Assembly: GCF_009914755.1 (NCBI RefSeq)
Contig: NC_060925.1
Reading direction: 5' to 3' (one strand)
DNA from: the human T2T-CHM13v2.0 reference genome, Homo sapiens
DNA: 64,000 nt
Shown: one piece after another, positions 49,941 through 64,000 of the stretch
Layout of the letters: each line of letters starts with the position of its first letter
Numbering within the stretch: position 1 is the stretch's first letter
Notes under the pieces: model-generated
What the model was told of the DNA's origin: nothing
Databases searched by the model: none
The model's input: only the letters and a program-made list of their open reading frames with translations
Position numbers and translations under genes: made by a program

Positions 49941-51729
49941 TGAGCTGCCTCCCATTTCCACTGTTATCCTTTTTCTTATTCCGATGGGGTCGGCAGTCCT
50001 CATCTTTTTCTCCACCTCTCTCAAACACAAAGGTACATTTTCCATTGTACTTGCCACATATTTACTTCCTAACCCCCTGTGCACAAGCACTGTACTTGTT
50101 CCCAACATATACAACTGTCTAAATGTGTACTTCTTTGGTCTTTATACACAGACATACTCCTGCATGTCATTACCTCCTCTTGACAAAGTCTTCAGAATCA
50201 CACATGACTTTCTTGCTAAGCCTCTTCCAGTCTCCTTTTTTCACATTTCTATTTATTTTCTCATCCCTTTTTTCTCTTTTATGCTCCTTTTCTTCTATCT
50301 CCAGCAACCCTCAAAATGAGAAGCTACCTCTATTTGGAAAATTATCTATGAACCTCAAAAGCAAAAGGATCCACAGTTCTCTAGCAGTTTTCCAAACTGG
50401 CTAATAATCTCTTGGATCTTTTTCTACATAAATTGCAGTTTCCAGCCACACTTCATTGTCTGACAGCCTTTCCATTACAATAATGGTGAGTTAATCCTCA
50501 CCCAGAGAGACAAGCTGGTTGAAAGCTGGCTGTATGTGTCCCAGAGAAATCTCCACACCTGGATAACATATGCATTTTCCCATTTGTGTTGTCTTGATTT
50601 GTCTCACTGATATTCATAGTGAAAAAAAGTTTATTATTCTTATTTTCCAAATTATCATAAATTCCAAGAATGGTGATAGACTTCATTAAAAGTCTTGCAA
50701 TGGACAAGATGTAAGATAAAGAAGAGAGAAAGGTGAGGAAATGAAACTGGAGGCTTTAGAAATTTAACTGATAATTTCAATCTTTAAGATACTGGTAAGA
50801 ATAAAAAGTGACATTCTCTGGGTCTTATAGAGAGACGAAGTATTTCTTATATTAATCTTAGCACATGATTGGAGAAAGTGGCATGAGGGGAAACAAAACC
50901 AAACCAAACCACAGGACATAGGATATGACAAAGCCTTTCTCCGTTGTTCCGATCGGTGAAGTTTGCCATTCCTCCACCTGTGTCCTTAGCAATGATGGAT
51001 GGCCATGACTGCGAACCCTCCCAAGCCATGGAAACCCCTGGTTTGAGACGGAAGGGGGAATGAAAGAGGGGAGGTGTTGCATCAGGACGGCATTGATTCC
51101 AGTGGTTTATATTGACGTAGTATGACTTCCAGTCCAGGATTCCTAGCAAACTCTTGGAGGGCTTATAACTCATCTGCTCCAACAGTTTTGGGAATGTGGG
51201 CTAGAGGCCTCACTAACAAAATCTTGCTACTTTATGACCCAAGGGTGTCTGTCACCATGTACTCAAACAATTATTAGTCTTGGTCAAATGAATACTTCTT
51301 TTGACATGATTACCACCACAGCCTTTAAAGAGCTCTGTTTTCGACAGGCTACTAAATACATGTTGCAACTGACTGATGGTTCGTACTGCATTAAGAAAAG
51401 TCAGTATGAGAAAATAAAGAGTAATCAGATAAGCCAAAGATGGTTGTTCACATCATACAAAGTTTCTTCACTAGTAATAGAGTGACTCCATGGCTTTAAA
51501 AAAAAAAAAAGGTAAATATCCTCGTGCACTTAAGATATGATTTTCAGTGAAACATTTTACTCTGTAGAGTGGTTTTTAGCAGCCTATTTTTGATTCAGCA
51601 AATATTAATCACTTTCTGTGTGGCAGGGATTTTGTTAGATGTGAGGGATAGAAATGTGAATAAGTCATGGATCTTGTTCTCAAAAACATTACAATTGAAT
51701 AAGGGCCCATGATATTTCAGGAGGAATAG

Positions 51730-52086
<357 letters not shown>

Positions 52087-52377
52087 TAAACAAGCCAGGT
52101 CTTCCTTCTCCTCCCTGTGGTCATGAGAGTAACCTGGGATCTGAAAATAGGGAGCAGTGAGCCTTAAAGTGTATCAATGTTCTGGGATGGTGGGGGAAGT
52201 CAGTGTGCAGGGAATAATGGAGCAGCTGCCCTTTGGGGAAACGCAAGGGATTCATCAAGAGTAGAGAAAGAATGTTGAGCTTTCAACCCTAGTTTGTTGA
52301 TACCATTTTAGAATGTGTACCTTTCACATCTTCCTGTTTCCATAGGCTACCTTCTGTCTTCTTGTCTATTTCCTCAG

Positions 52378-52612
52378 TTACACCAATCTGAAGTTTATGG
52401 CTACCCAAATTGCCTCTGGCATGAAGTACCTTTCCTCTCTTAATTTTGTTCACCGAGATCTGGCCACACGAAACTGTTTAGTGGGTAAGAACTACACAAT
52501 CAAGATAGCTGACTTTGGAATGAGCAGGAACCTGTACAGTGGTGACTATTACCGGATCCAGGGCCGGGCAGTGCTCCCTATCCGCTGGATGTCTTGGGAG
52601 AGTATCTTGCTG
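52378..52612 (+). CDS. DDR2: DDR2 coding exon, catalytic loop [11 protein letters not shown], activation loop YSGDYY
   Basis: cctcag|TTACAC...TGCTG|gtaagt; 235 nt. Confidence 0.98.
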
Positions 52613-53969
52613 GTAAGTTCTCAGCATTTTAAAGCCCTGTCTAACAACTGGCTTGTGGGCTCACATGCATGACACGTGGAGACAAACCTGAGACAGCAGG
52701 AGGCAAACTCAATAGACTGTAGTATTTTCTCTGATTTGAAATTATTTTCTTTGTGTACTAATTCTTATTATTTAATGCTTGCCTATTTCTGCTAAAAAAT
52801 TAACACACATAAAAATTTAGGGAGAGAAGTTAAAAAGTATAAGAGATTTATTATCTTTGTTTCTCTTTATCATTTCTACCTAGTGATTGTTCTTAATTTA
52901 AGATATTAAAAACCTTATCATTTAAAGAAATGTTACCTATACAAAATATTTTCTTCTCCATTGGTTTCATAAGCATGTTTCTCATAATTACATAGACTAA
53001 TTCCTATAATTGTATTTCAATACTTTTCAACATGTTCTTTTTAAGTTCATCATTCTTTGCTTTATAATTTTTATTTGATTCTTGATATTCCATACCATAA
53101 GTGAGTAATTTTTCCCAAATATCTCTATTAGAGGTATATTTTCTGTCCATGCATACCTGAGACTTTTTATTGTTGATTTTATAACCACTCAGCTGATTTA
53201 TAGACTCATTAGACTATACACTTTTACTTCCTACAATGCCATGTACATGTTATTTTATCTTTTTTCTTGTGTGACATTGCAGAGAAAAGTCTGAGACCAA
53301 TTTGGTTTTGTTCATTTATGATTAATCTGCTTATTTCCTGCTAATATTCTTATAGGATTTGTAAATTAATTTTGAAATAAAAAATGTATAGTTATTCCCT
53401 TGCACTCACCAGGATAACCACTATCAATACTTTGGTATATTTTCTTAGAGGATTTTTTTCTATACATATATTTTTTCTATGCATGCAATTTTTTTTCTGT
53501 GCATGCATTTATATACATATGTACATATATGTAATTTATATTACATAATTGGGATGACACTATGCCATACAATTCTCTATCTCTATTTTTAACTTAACAT
53601 TTTATTATCTGCATAATATTCCATGTGTAGATATATACTATAACTTAATAATGCCTCTATAATTTGATATTTAAGTACTTTCCAATTTCCTGCTATTATG
53701 AATGATGCTGTGATGTACACGTTTACATAAATCCTTATAAAGATCTTTTTCACCTATATATGTGAATTGCTATATTTTACCCATTTCTAATGGGATAGTT
53801 AGGCATTACTCTCCCTAAAGGTATTATATGGTGTTCAAAACAATATATTAGACTGACATTCAGAGGACCTTGGTTCAAATCCAGTTTTTCCACTACTAAT
53901 GGTCTTATTAACCAGAAGAATTTGGGAAACCTCTCCTGTTTCATTTTTCTGATCTAAAAAATAAGGATA

Positions 53970-54268
53970 ACTGGCATGGTGGTATGTACCTGTAGTCCCA
54001 GCTACTCAGGAGGCTGAGGCCTCGGAGGATGAAAATCTGGGCTGCGCTGCGCTATGACAATTGGGTGTCCTCACTAAGTCTGGCATTAATATGGTCACCC
54101 CTAGGAGCAGTGGACCACCAGGTTGCCTAAAGAGGGATGAGCCAGCCCAGGTCAGAAACAGAGGAGGTCAAAACTCCCGTGTTGATCAGTAATGAGATCA
54201 AACGTGTGACTGGCCATTGCACTCCAGGCTGGGCAACATAATGAGACCCCATTTCTCAAAGGAAAAAA
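53970..54268 (+). pseudogene. RN7SL861P: 7SL (SRP RNA) processed pseudogene inserted in a MIR
   Basis: Alu-domain ends plus S-domain ('ggaccaccaggttgcctaa...gcccaggtcagaaac...aggtcaaaactcccgtg'). The symbol is from memory of the locus and is less certain than the 7SL call. Confidence 0.85.
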
Positions 54269-54821
54269 TATTTAATAATAAATAATATCATCCACTTCAC
54301 AGTGTGGTTGTCTGTATTGAGTAGAAAATGTGAGTAGTCAATGCATGCTATTTACACCTGAATCTCATTGCTGTCACTTGTTAAAGTCTATCTTTCAACA
54401 CTGTGATTATCACTGAACTGGTAAATGAGAGTCCTGGATTCACTGCAGGCACTTAAACTAGATTCCTCTATCTCTAACATAAAAACCATTGACTTCCCAT
54501 TCAGATTTTGCCTTTCTCAGGAGCATTTTCCCAAGGCTACCCTAGAGTTGAAAGGTTGACCTAACACTCAGTTGCAGAGTCAAATAGCTTATGGCTGCAT
54601 TTTTTTCAGCTCTTGGATCTCATCCCCAGAGAAACAGAACCAAGCTGAGATCATGAGAATGAAAGAATGGGCTGTTTCTAAATACTCCATGCACATCTTG
54701 GCATTTTCAGAATTCCTTGCCTGTGGTGGGGGAAGGGGTATAGCTGCAGATTATGAAATTTAACAGGGTGTTGTTGTGCACAGGTTATTCTGATTTCCCA
54801 TTCTTTTCTTTACTTAAATAG

Positions 54822-55013
<192 letters not shown>

Positions 55014-56179
55014 TGAAGGATGGAGAATGGCAAGTCCTGACTTAGCAGGAGTGGGCCGAGATGGAAGACAGACTATCCAGGTGTTAGTCTTTGTCACTAA
55101 CTATCCAGATGATGTGAAAGACCAGTATCCTCCCCAGGCATCCATACACTTTGCTTTATCTATGTGTCAACTCATTGACTCTTGGAGAGCATAAAGGGTC
55201 ATGTCAGGTTTCTCCCCAGCTCAAAGGTAGCAGGAAACAAAGTCCTATCTCTCATGATTTATCTATTTCTTGATCTAGACCATGTGGTTTTTCTTCTGGG
55301 TCAAAAAATAAAAGTGTAAAAGGGATGTATTAGCATTCATTAAAAATATAGCTTAGTATAAGAAATGGGGTTGGTTTTGACTATCTAGCAATGTTTCTAG
55401 ACTTGGATGTCTGAAAATGGGCAGATATATCCTAAACTTGTTGCTCTTGGAAGGCATCTCTGGGCCCAGTATTGTGACATCTCAGGACTCAGGGAAAGAT
55501 GAGTTCCCAAGCTCCCCAGGAGTCTCAATTCCTAGCCAAGATACTCCAAGCTTTTTTTTGGGTGGCTTAGATTTAAAATTCCTGTGAGATCTGGAATTTA
55601 AAGCTTGCCAGTAACTACAGCACCGCACTTCCCCAAAGGGGCCTGGCAACAGCATACCCTTGGATTATGGTATCTTTACCAGGAAAAGGATAATAGCTGG
55701 GGGAAGGATCTTGCAGACAATAAAAAGTGGATCTTCTGTGGCTTGAACAGATCCAAGCAAGCCAAAGATAGATAAGGTATTGACAAGAGATAATACATTA
55801 TGCATATTAAAAATAAGAGAGGGGTCTGAGAATTTAATTGTATCTTGATACTCTGTAAATATTTTGGCAGCAGGGAGTCTAAATTAGCTATCTTGGTTAT
55901 GAGGCAATTTGCCTTCTTACTATAGTCAAAGGAAAATTTACTCCTGAGTACATGAGATAAGTGAGTGGGCCAAAGAAAAATGTTGTTTTCTGCCTCTGCC
56001 ATGATCGGCTCAGCCAAGATGAACTTCAATATGGGTTGCCCATAAATGGAAGATTTGGTCTCTTTTTGGTTGTTTCATCTTTTGCATGAAGGTAGGGACC
56101 ACATAATGGCCCATCAAAAAATTCTGCTGCAGACAACTGCAGAAGACAAATGGAACAGCTTAGAAAAGGGCTGATATGA

Positions 56180-56488
<309 letters not shown>

Positions 56489-56677
56489 TGCTGTCAGTGC
56501 CTGGCCATGTTCCTACGGCTCAGGTCCTCCCTACAAGACCTACCACTCACCCATGCCTATGCCACTCCATCTGGACATTTAATGAAACTGAGAGACAGAG
56601 GCTTGTTTGCTTTGCCCTCTTTTCCTGGTCACCCCCACTCCCTACCCCTGACTCATATATACTTTTTTTTTTTTTAC

Positions 56678-56683
56678 ATTAAA
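56678..56683 (+). terminator. Candidate proximal poly(A) signal ATTAAA
   Basis: Hexamer ~190 nt after the stop, preceded by a U-tract and followed by a genomic A-rich tract. Confidence 0.5.
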
Positions 56684-58349
56684 GAACTAAAAAAGGAAAA
56701 AAAAAAGCCTAGGGCAGATACAATCTAGTAAAAGAAAATCTTTGATATACCAAAGTGTTGGATAACAAAGGCTAGAAAATTCAGATAATTTATAAAGGTT
56801 AACTATACTTGTGCTTATAAATGTGCAGATTCTACAATATTTTTCCATGTCATTCTAAAAGAATCTTCAGAAAGAAAAACTTGAAGAATACTAATGTCTT
56901 GGGAAACATGAGATTAAGTTTAGGGAAAACACTTGATAGATGTGGAGAATCTGAGGACTCAGAATTCAGCAACTAATCACAGGTGGTTTTCTAATTTGGC
57001 CTCTGGACATGTCTCACTGTTTGTATTTCTCTCTCCTGTCAAAGTGAATGATATATTCTTGAAAACCCCCAATTTCTTGAAATGGGTGTTCTGTTCATTC
57101 ATGGGCAGGGGTCAGGATTGAAGTTCATATATGAAACAACTGGGGATGTAGATAGGAAAGAATGTCTGCTGCAAGAGTGTATGAAGGGGGATTGTCATTT
57201 ACAAAAAAAAAAGTACCTCATGGATGGAAGGATTCATGAATAGATAATGGACATAGGAAAGGAGGTCAATGGAGGACACATAACAGACATGCTATCCACC
57301 ATTTATTTGTGATTTTGTAAGAGGGTTCTCTTCTTTGTCTTGTTCAGATATTTTCATGTGTGTGTTTTAGTGAGAATCTGAGTTTTTAATCAGTAAAGTC
57401 TGATGTTTTGATAACTTGATGTTTTGATGGTAGACTCTTGAGTTCATCTTGTCCAAATCTTCTAGCATTTTCAAGGATGAAGCCTCTGTGGGATCTTTGG
57501 GCTTGGGGCTGAATTTCTCAGGCATAAATACCTAATGGCCTTGTCTAAGAGGGAATAGATCTGTTCTGAGTGTCCCCAAAAAAGTTGTCCTAGGAACTGA
57601 TGTGGAGAAGTTACAGGGAGACTGATTTCCATTCCTTATTGGGGAAAACGAAGCACTCAGAACATACAAGGATAAATGGGCTGCCACCAGAGGTGAGGAG
57701 TCTCTTGTCACTGGAGAGGTTAAGATAGAGGCTCAAGAACAATGCAAGGAAAATGGAGGTTTTCAAACACAAAGTGGATGGTGGTATGAGACAATGTTTA
57801 ATGTCCTTCTAACTCCGAGAGTCCTTGATTCTGGAGAGGCACAGGATGAACATCTGTTGCTACTGCTGAGTATACACACTCTTGCCTCTGAGATGGCGTG
57901 ACCAGCAGAAAAGAAAGCTCAGGGCTGTGGCTTCAGAATTCATGGAAACAGAGCCACTGTCAAGAAGGAATCTGCTCAGAGCAGATTCTGAGTTTTCACA
58001 CTCCACAAATCCTCAGATTTAGTGGGAAGCTGGAAAAAGGAACTCTTAATTCCAATTGAGGAGAAACAAGAAAACATTACAAATCAGTTTCCCAAGCTGA
58101 GAAGGATTAGCCTTGACCCCTTGGGTCTGCCTCTGTTGCCCTCACCAGTTTACCTTCTACAACAGTTTCTCAGGAACATGTGTATTTCCCCATTCAGCTT
58201 TCAGCATTGCTCCACGCCACAGCATAAGCATAGATCCCAAGTCCACAGGCTCCATTTTGCAGGTCATCTTCTGATCCTAGCAAATGTCCTTTCCCCATAG
58301 TTGTCCTATGCCTTTGGGCTTTAGTCTATCCCAGGACTAACTGTGGAGA

Positions 58350-58530
58350 AATCATTGGTTTGAGAGTCAAGAGAGCATTGGTTTGGGAGCTTTAATCCTC
58401 TTTCTGCTTCACACTAAGTGTGTCATCTTGGCTAAATCACTTGGTCTTTCTGCATTTTGTTTTCTTATTTATAGGATGAGGAAATTAGATTAAATGGTTT
58501 TGAGGTCCTTTCTTGTTCTGATATGTCCAG
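58350..58530 (+). mobile_element. MIR in 3' UTR
   Basis: 'tgtgtcatcttggctaaatcactt...ttttcttatttata'. Confidence 0.6.
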
Positions 58531-61500
58531 TACTCACTGGAAAATTGGATCTATAACTGATGGGTTTAGTAATCTGCTCATTTCTTGCTCTGAAAATTGT
58601 AGTCAGCAAAAGAGATCATGGAAGAAATCACTGTAATGGTAGTAATAGTAACACATGCCATTTGTATTGTGCCTTAGGTTTACCAGGTGTTTCCAAATAC
58701 ATTAGCATATTTGATATGTGCAGGACTAGATACCTTGGGACCTGCCACACTCCACTTTCAAGATATGTATTAGCTTCATTAGAATTAAAGGGACTTGAAC
58801 TCAGGACCTGCAGCCTATTCTTTATCCACATGTCTCTGGTAGGGCTACATCCAGATCACACCATGACTTCTTATAGAGCAAGAGAAAATAATATTATTAT
58901 ATCTTCCTTTGCCTAAAATCTCTCCACTTATTCTTTTTTATGATTCTGCACCAGTTCACTGGGTTATTCTATGATTCCATATTTTTTTTAAAAAAAATCA
59001 TATTTAAAATGAACTTACAATGTCTGAATTTTCCTGGCCTTGAGTCACAGAAGTAATATGTTTCAGATGGCTGCCCAATATGTATTATCATGTAATACAT
59101 ATCTGTGTCCTTTTCTGGGATGAGGAAGGCTTCAACTTCTGGCACTGAGAACTTTGTATTACAGACACAGGTTTAGTTTCTAGCTTAGTCATGCCTTTAG
59201 AGTTTAGTAGCACAAATCCATGCAACCCAACAGAATACATGGTGAGGGCCTAGTATGTAGAATTTGAAAGTAGTTCAAATTTGAATTAGAAGAATGAAGC
59301 TAGGACTTATTTGGAAAAGGAGATAGAAAAAAAATGATCAGAAACTGTGGGGCCTTATTACCTTTGCAGTAAGTTATCTTCTTCATGATATATGTGAATT
59401 ATTTTATGTGCAGATTGTGTTTTGGGATTGTCAGATCTAAACTTATATTCTTGCTGGCTAATGTGCTGATAGCCAGGTCTGAAACTTGATGTGCTATCCA
59501 GACACATATGATCAGAAAAGATCTAGAGTGCAAAGAGGTGCCTGAGGAGCAAAATGTGGTTTTAATGTTGTGGAAAGATCACTTGCAAGTATATAAGACT
59601 GTATAAAGAAGAGGACTGTGTGCAAGTGGGGTGAAAAAAAAGGATACGCGAATGTGCATATGACTGAATAGGGAGGAAGGTCAGGGCTAGAAAGGAGGCT
59701 ACATAAAAAGGGGCAATGGAGAGTGCACAGGAAAGACACAGGGGAAGGTCAAGTCGAGCAAGGTAGAAACAGGAGTAGCTAGAGCCATTGGGAATCCATT
59801 TTGAAACAAGAAGGAGTTTTGAAAGGGAATAGGAAAGTAAGTGTCTTGAAGTAAAAGATAAATATGGATGGAGAAAGAAGAAATTCTGGATGATAGAGAT
59901 GATAAAAATATTTATTAAGAAATGAAGTCAGGTTCAGTGTATGAAATGGAAAGGAATTTTTCAGAATTTTAAGAAAGGGGAAGTTCCTCTTGGAAAAGAT
60001 ATAGCAACCATTGGGGAATGACCTTTTCATTTCAGAAGTGGATGAGGAAGGTGGTGTGAGCATCAGGTATATTCTGGACCATTTCAAGTGCTGGTGAGAA
60101 GAAAGGAACTCTTTGCCTGAACTGGGCTTGGTTTTCCAAGTGCTGCTTTGGAAATGAAGACCCAGAGATGCAGAGCTTATGGTAGTTCATAAATCTTCAT
60201 GTTCTATTATCTTTCATCTGCCAATAAAGTTCATTTTCAATAATGTCCACCATTGCTGTGCCCAGAATAACCACAGGCAAACATCAAAACAATACGCATA
60301 AGTTAGACAAGATTAAATCTTGTCTGATATCTGCACAAACAGATATGCACCATGTTGGAAACATGTGTTTTCCTAGTCCCATCCAGGCTTCCCACAAGAA
60401 AGCCATGATGTGGGTCTAAACCATATGTTTTGAGTAAAGGAGAATAGAAGAAGGGGAGTGTCCGCAAAATGGAAAGAGATGAAGATGTTCCAAGGAAGTA
60501 TGCTGAAACAGAACAGTGAATGTTTTGCCCAAAACTACAAAAATAAAAGAAAAAAAGAAAATTGCAATACATGGCTACTAAGTCTTTGATCATAAGTCGA
60601 ATTTATAGACCTGGAATTTGCCATCTTAGTCTTTCCTTTTTAGTAAGACTTCTGTCCTCTAGCAGTGCATATGGTAGGTCTCTAATGTTTCTGCATCTCC
60701 AGGAAGATGCAGATCCTTATTTTTGCTGGGAAATCCTTCTAAATAGAAATGTAACATTTTTATAAAAACAGATTAATGTGTTTTTCACTTAGTAAATGTT
60801 TTCAAGAGCTGAATTGAGAAGGAAAGAGACTGGAGTGGTTAATGGTGATTTGATTTCTGGCATTCTGAGTTTTCTGCTACAATTAGCTGCATTACTTGGT
60901 GCCAAAGAGCAGTGGGGAATTGTTGAGTTGCTGTATCCTTTAAAAAAAAACAAAAAACTTGTTATTTTGAAAGAACTTAAGGCTCACAAGATGTTACAAA
61001 ATTGGTAGAGTGGCCTTACCCTAGATCCAGTTTTCCCCATTTATAACATTTCACTTAGTCCATTTTCGGAACCAGAAAATTAACATTGGCATAATGCTAT
61101 TAACTAAACTACAGACCTTTTTTCAATTTCGCCAGTTTTTCCACACATATTCATTTAGTTGCTGGATACTTTTAATTCTTGCTGATTTGTAAACTGGCCT
61201 TGCTTGGATACAACAGGAAAGATACTATCTGGATAAAGTTCTACAGTTTTAGAGAGACTATTAACACATTAATGTGTTCCTTTGTCATGAGCAATACCCT
61301 GCCTACACTGCTTCTAAATTTTCTGATTTGTTTGGCTGTTTGGCATCTGAAACAATCCAAGACAAACTTAGAAAGATTAGGCAACACAAAACACAGTAAG
61401 ACCTGTTCATAGCTTGTTGCCTAGAAAACCAGGTAGCAGGATATTCTAGATGCTTCCTGCTGCTTCTACGTGAGTAGGATTAGCACTGGGGACAAAATAA

Positions 61501-63549
61501 GGAGTTTAGAGTAAACCAGTATTTCAGTCAAGAGTTAGTTGGCACTTAGTTAATGGCACTGGAAATAGCTTGTGGAGAGAATAGAATACAATGGTATAGA
61601 CTCCTAATGTTTGATAAAATACTATTTTCAGAGTGGTAGAGAGGTTTTATTTGCCTAAATAGCCGTTATTAAATGGAATAACAACCACATTAGACCAAAT
61701 TAATTGCAAACACAGCGGCAACCTGGGGAGAAGTTGAAACTCCAGTTTTGTGGATTACAGTTTTGAGTTTTATGATTGACATTTTTAAGTCCCCTATTTA
61801 AGGGGTCAAGATTATAACAATGTGTGTCTTACTAAGTTTCTAGGTCATTGTGAGCACTTGATAAATATTTGCTGAATGTTGTTTTTTTGAATGAACATAA
61901 GATAGAAACAAAAACTTCTCATCCAGTTAACTAGAGTGAATGTAGGGAGAATTGTTTTGCTTGTAACATGGAGAGTTTATTTTCAAGTGAGGAAAGAGAA
62001 AAAAATTACTCAGACTTGTTCCTGGTGAAGTGCATTCTCTGTTTGTATACTTTTTGATGGAGAAATTGATCTATAGAACTGCTTAATTTTTTGAGGCATT
62101 TAGACAGCAATGAAAGGTAGTTCTCCACAGGACACCGAATCAAAAGGAGAGACCAGACTCTGGCCTCATACCCAGCCTATTTGAAACAAGCTATCTAGTT
62201 TCTCCTGCAGACACCTTGTCAACAACATGCAACAGTGTCAGGTGCCTTGCAGGAAAATAATCTGAGTCCCAAGCTAGCCTGTGCTCATCCACAATCACAA
62301 TGAACATGTCAAGGAAGAATTTGCAGAGACTCAAGGGAAGCACAATGGGATAAGGTAATCACTTTCAGTGAAAAACTGTTTTCTTGAAAACAGGCTTGGA
62401 CACAATTGAAAGCTGGCTTCCTGCAAACACACCAAGAGTCTGTAATCTAGCCTATCCATTATATGTCCTTTATTATTCATGATATCCTATTCTTCTACCT
62501 TGTTGCCTGGTAACTTTTTCTGAGGACTGAGTTTCTGCAGCGATGTGGTGCACTCTTCCTGTGATGAGGAAACATCTGGGCCCCCTTCTGCAGGCTTTGG
62601 AAGATGATGTGTCTTGTCAAGGGGTAAAGGGCAAATGGATTTAATTTCTGCTTAAAACTATCATAGACGTTCCAAATAGAATATGTAAAATTTCTCTGTA
62701 TTAGAAAAAGAAACGTGATACCAATTGTATATTTTCTTTTCTTTATTTATTCTCTGTAAGTCTGTCAGATGATAAATTGTAAATAACAATGATTAAAGAG
62801 TCATGCTACTGATGGATCTCCCTTTCTGTATAAACAGTGCCAGTTCTGGGCTTTGTAACCTTTGCTCTTTATAGTCTTTCATTCCTGGGGAAGTGATGGG
62901 GCATGGGCCCAGAGCTGGGGTGTATGTGGTATGGACACCTGTTTGTGGGGCTTTCCAGCAAAGGATTATTTAAATAGACCTCTAACATATGAGTTGACTG
63001 TTTATTGGGAAGAAAGCATCTTGGTCTCTGACATATCCAAACATACGAGACACTGGGATTTTACGTCCTCACATTAATTAGTCCAGTTCTGGGGAATCCA
63101 GTCTAGAATTAACTGGTGATCCCTTATCGTTATGGTTACAGACTTGTCTTGTTTGATACACAGAAATCCTTTTTAAATCCAAATATAGTCTGTCTCAGAC
63201 TACCTGCACATGCACAAACCAAAAAAAACTATGAAAACCAGAATTTAGACTCAGTCATTATACTAGAGATTAGAATGAAACGACCCCAAACAACCCATTT
63301 CTTACCTGGTCTCTGAGAATAAGTTTATACTTTTAGTTTTCTGAGAATATTTCTCAGAATATGTGAGTTTTCTGAGCACATTTTTCAGCATGGGGTATGG
63401 TAGATAAATCACAGGGCCAAGGTTTGGCAGGGATAGTTGGGATCATTGTGTACCCTATTGTTCTTCTGATTTCCAGGAGAACAGAATGAGCCCATGCAAA
63501 ACATAAACTTATGATGATTAAAAAAAACACACCTATCCATTCACTCATC

Positions 63550-63623
63550 AATAAAAACATATTATGATGGTTATCAAGCTGTGTCCTATGAGTGATAAAA
63601 TATTTGTAAAATATAAAATTAAA
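63550..63623 (+). terminator. Candidate distal poly(A) signals (AATAAA 63550, ATTAAA 63618)
   Basis: Hexamers in AU-rich context. Confidence 0.6.
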
Positions 63624-64000
63624 TGGCATCTATTGTGAACTCTATTCTAGTCTCTCTGAGCACCTCTAGCAGTTCAGCCCATCTTTCAAAAGTCATAACA
63701 CCTTGAAAGCAGCAACTTTAGTGCAGAAAAAGGAAGAAGAGAGCAGTTTCATCACTTGGCTTGAATGAAAATCTTGGGGAAAGGAGAGACAGACGGTCTT
63801 GCTCTGAAGCTGTCTGGACTTCAGTTAATTCAGTCTGTCTTAGGCTGGCGGTCATCCCGAGACTGCGGTAATGCTGAGCCTCCACAGCCCAGGCCCTCTC
63901 CCTTCTTTATAGAAATGATTTTTTTATGGGACAGCCACACAACCAGGTCTTCTTCTTATTCCTTATCACCTCTGAGCTCTAGAACATTTTAAAATGAGTC

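Larger units (their letters stand above)
56489..63647 (+). other. DDR2: DDR2 long 3' UTR (end approximate)
   Basis: Follows the stop codon; distal hexamers AATAAA 63550-63555 and ATTAAA 63618-63623. A long UTR is known for DDR2; the exact end is inferred. Confidence 0.7.

Noticed and set aside
59560-60070. Purine-rich 3' UTR stretch as triplex element or hidden exon
   Set aside because: Interrupted, with no mirror symmetry; probably a degenerate repeat that I cannot identify.

Overview
Human-type genomic DNA covering the 3' part of DDR2 (discoidin domain receptor tyrosine kinase 2) on the + strand. The window starts inside the large intron after the ATG/signal-peptide exon, which lies outside it. 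It then holds 15 GT-AG coding exons (29344-56488; 2486 nt, which with an 82-nt upstream coding exon gives the 855-aa protein) and a ~7-kb 3' UTR. The introns contain a full-length but dead L1PA5-like LINE-1, a young 5'-inverted L1HS-type insertion nested in an Alu, several Alus, two MaLR solo LTRs, DNA-transposon MITEs, L2/MIR fossils, a 7SL pseudogene and AT-rich tandem repeats. I found no new gene and cannot support a new biological system. The unusual signals are structural: (i) a ~99%-identical ~440-bp inverted duplication embedded in an AT-rich hairpin minisatellite region, predicting a long dsRNA stem in DDR2 pre-mRNA; (ii) a ~100-bp stretch of serial fold-back templated pieces upstream of exon 37436; (iii) two different LTR families sharing one 5-bp target site (GATGG x3); (iv) an Alu with an apparent 3' transduction; (v) a twin-primed ACG/A L1 with a possible short transduction.
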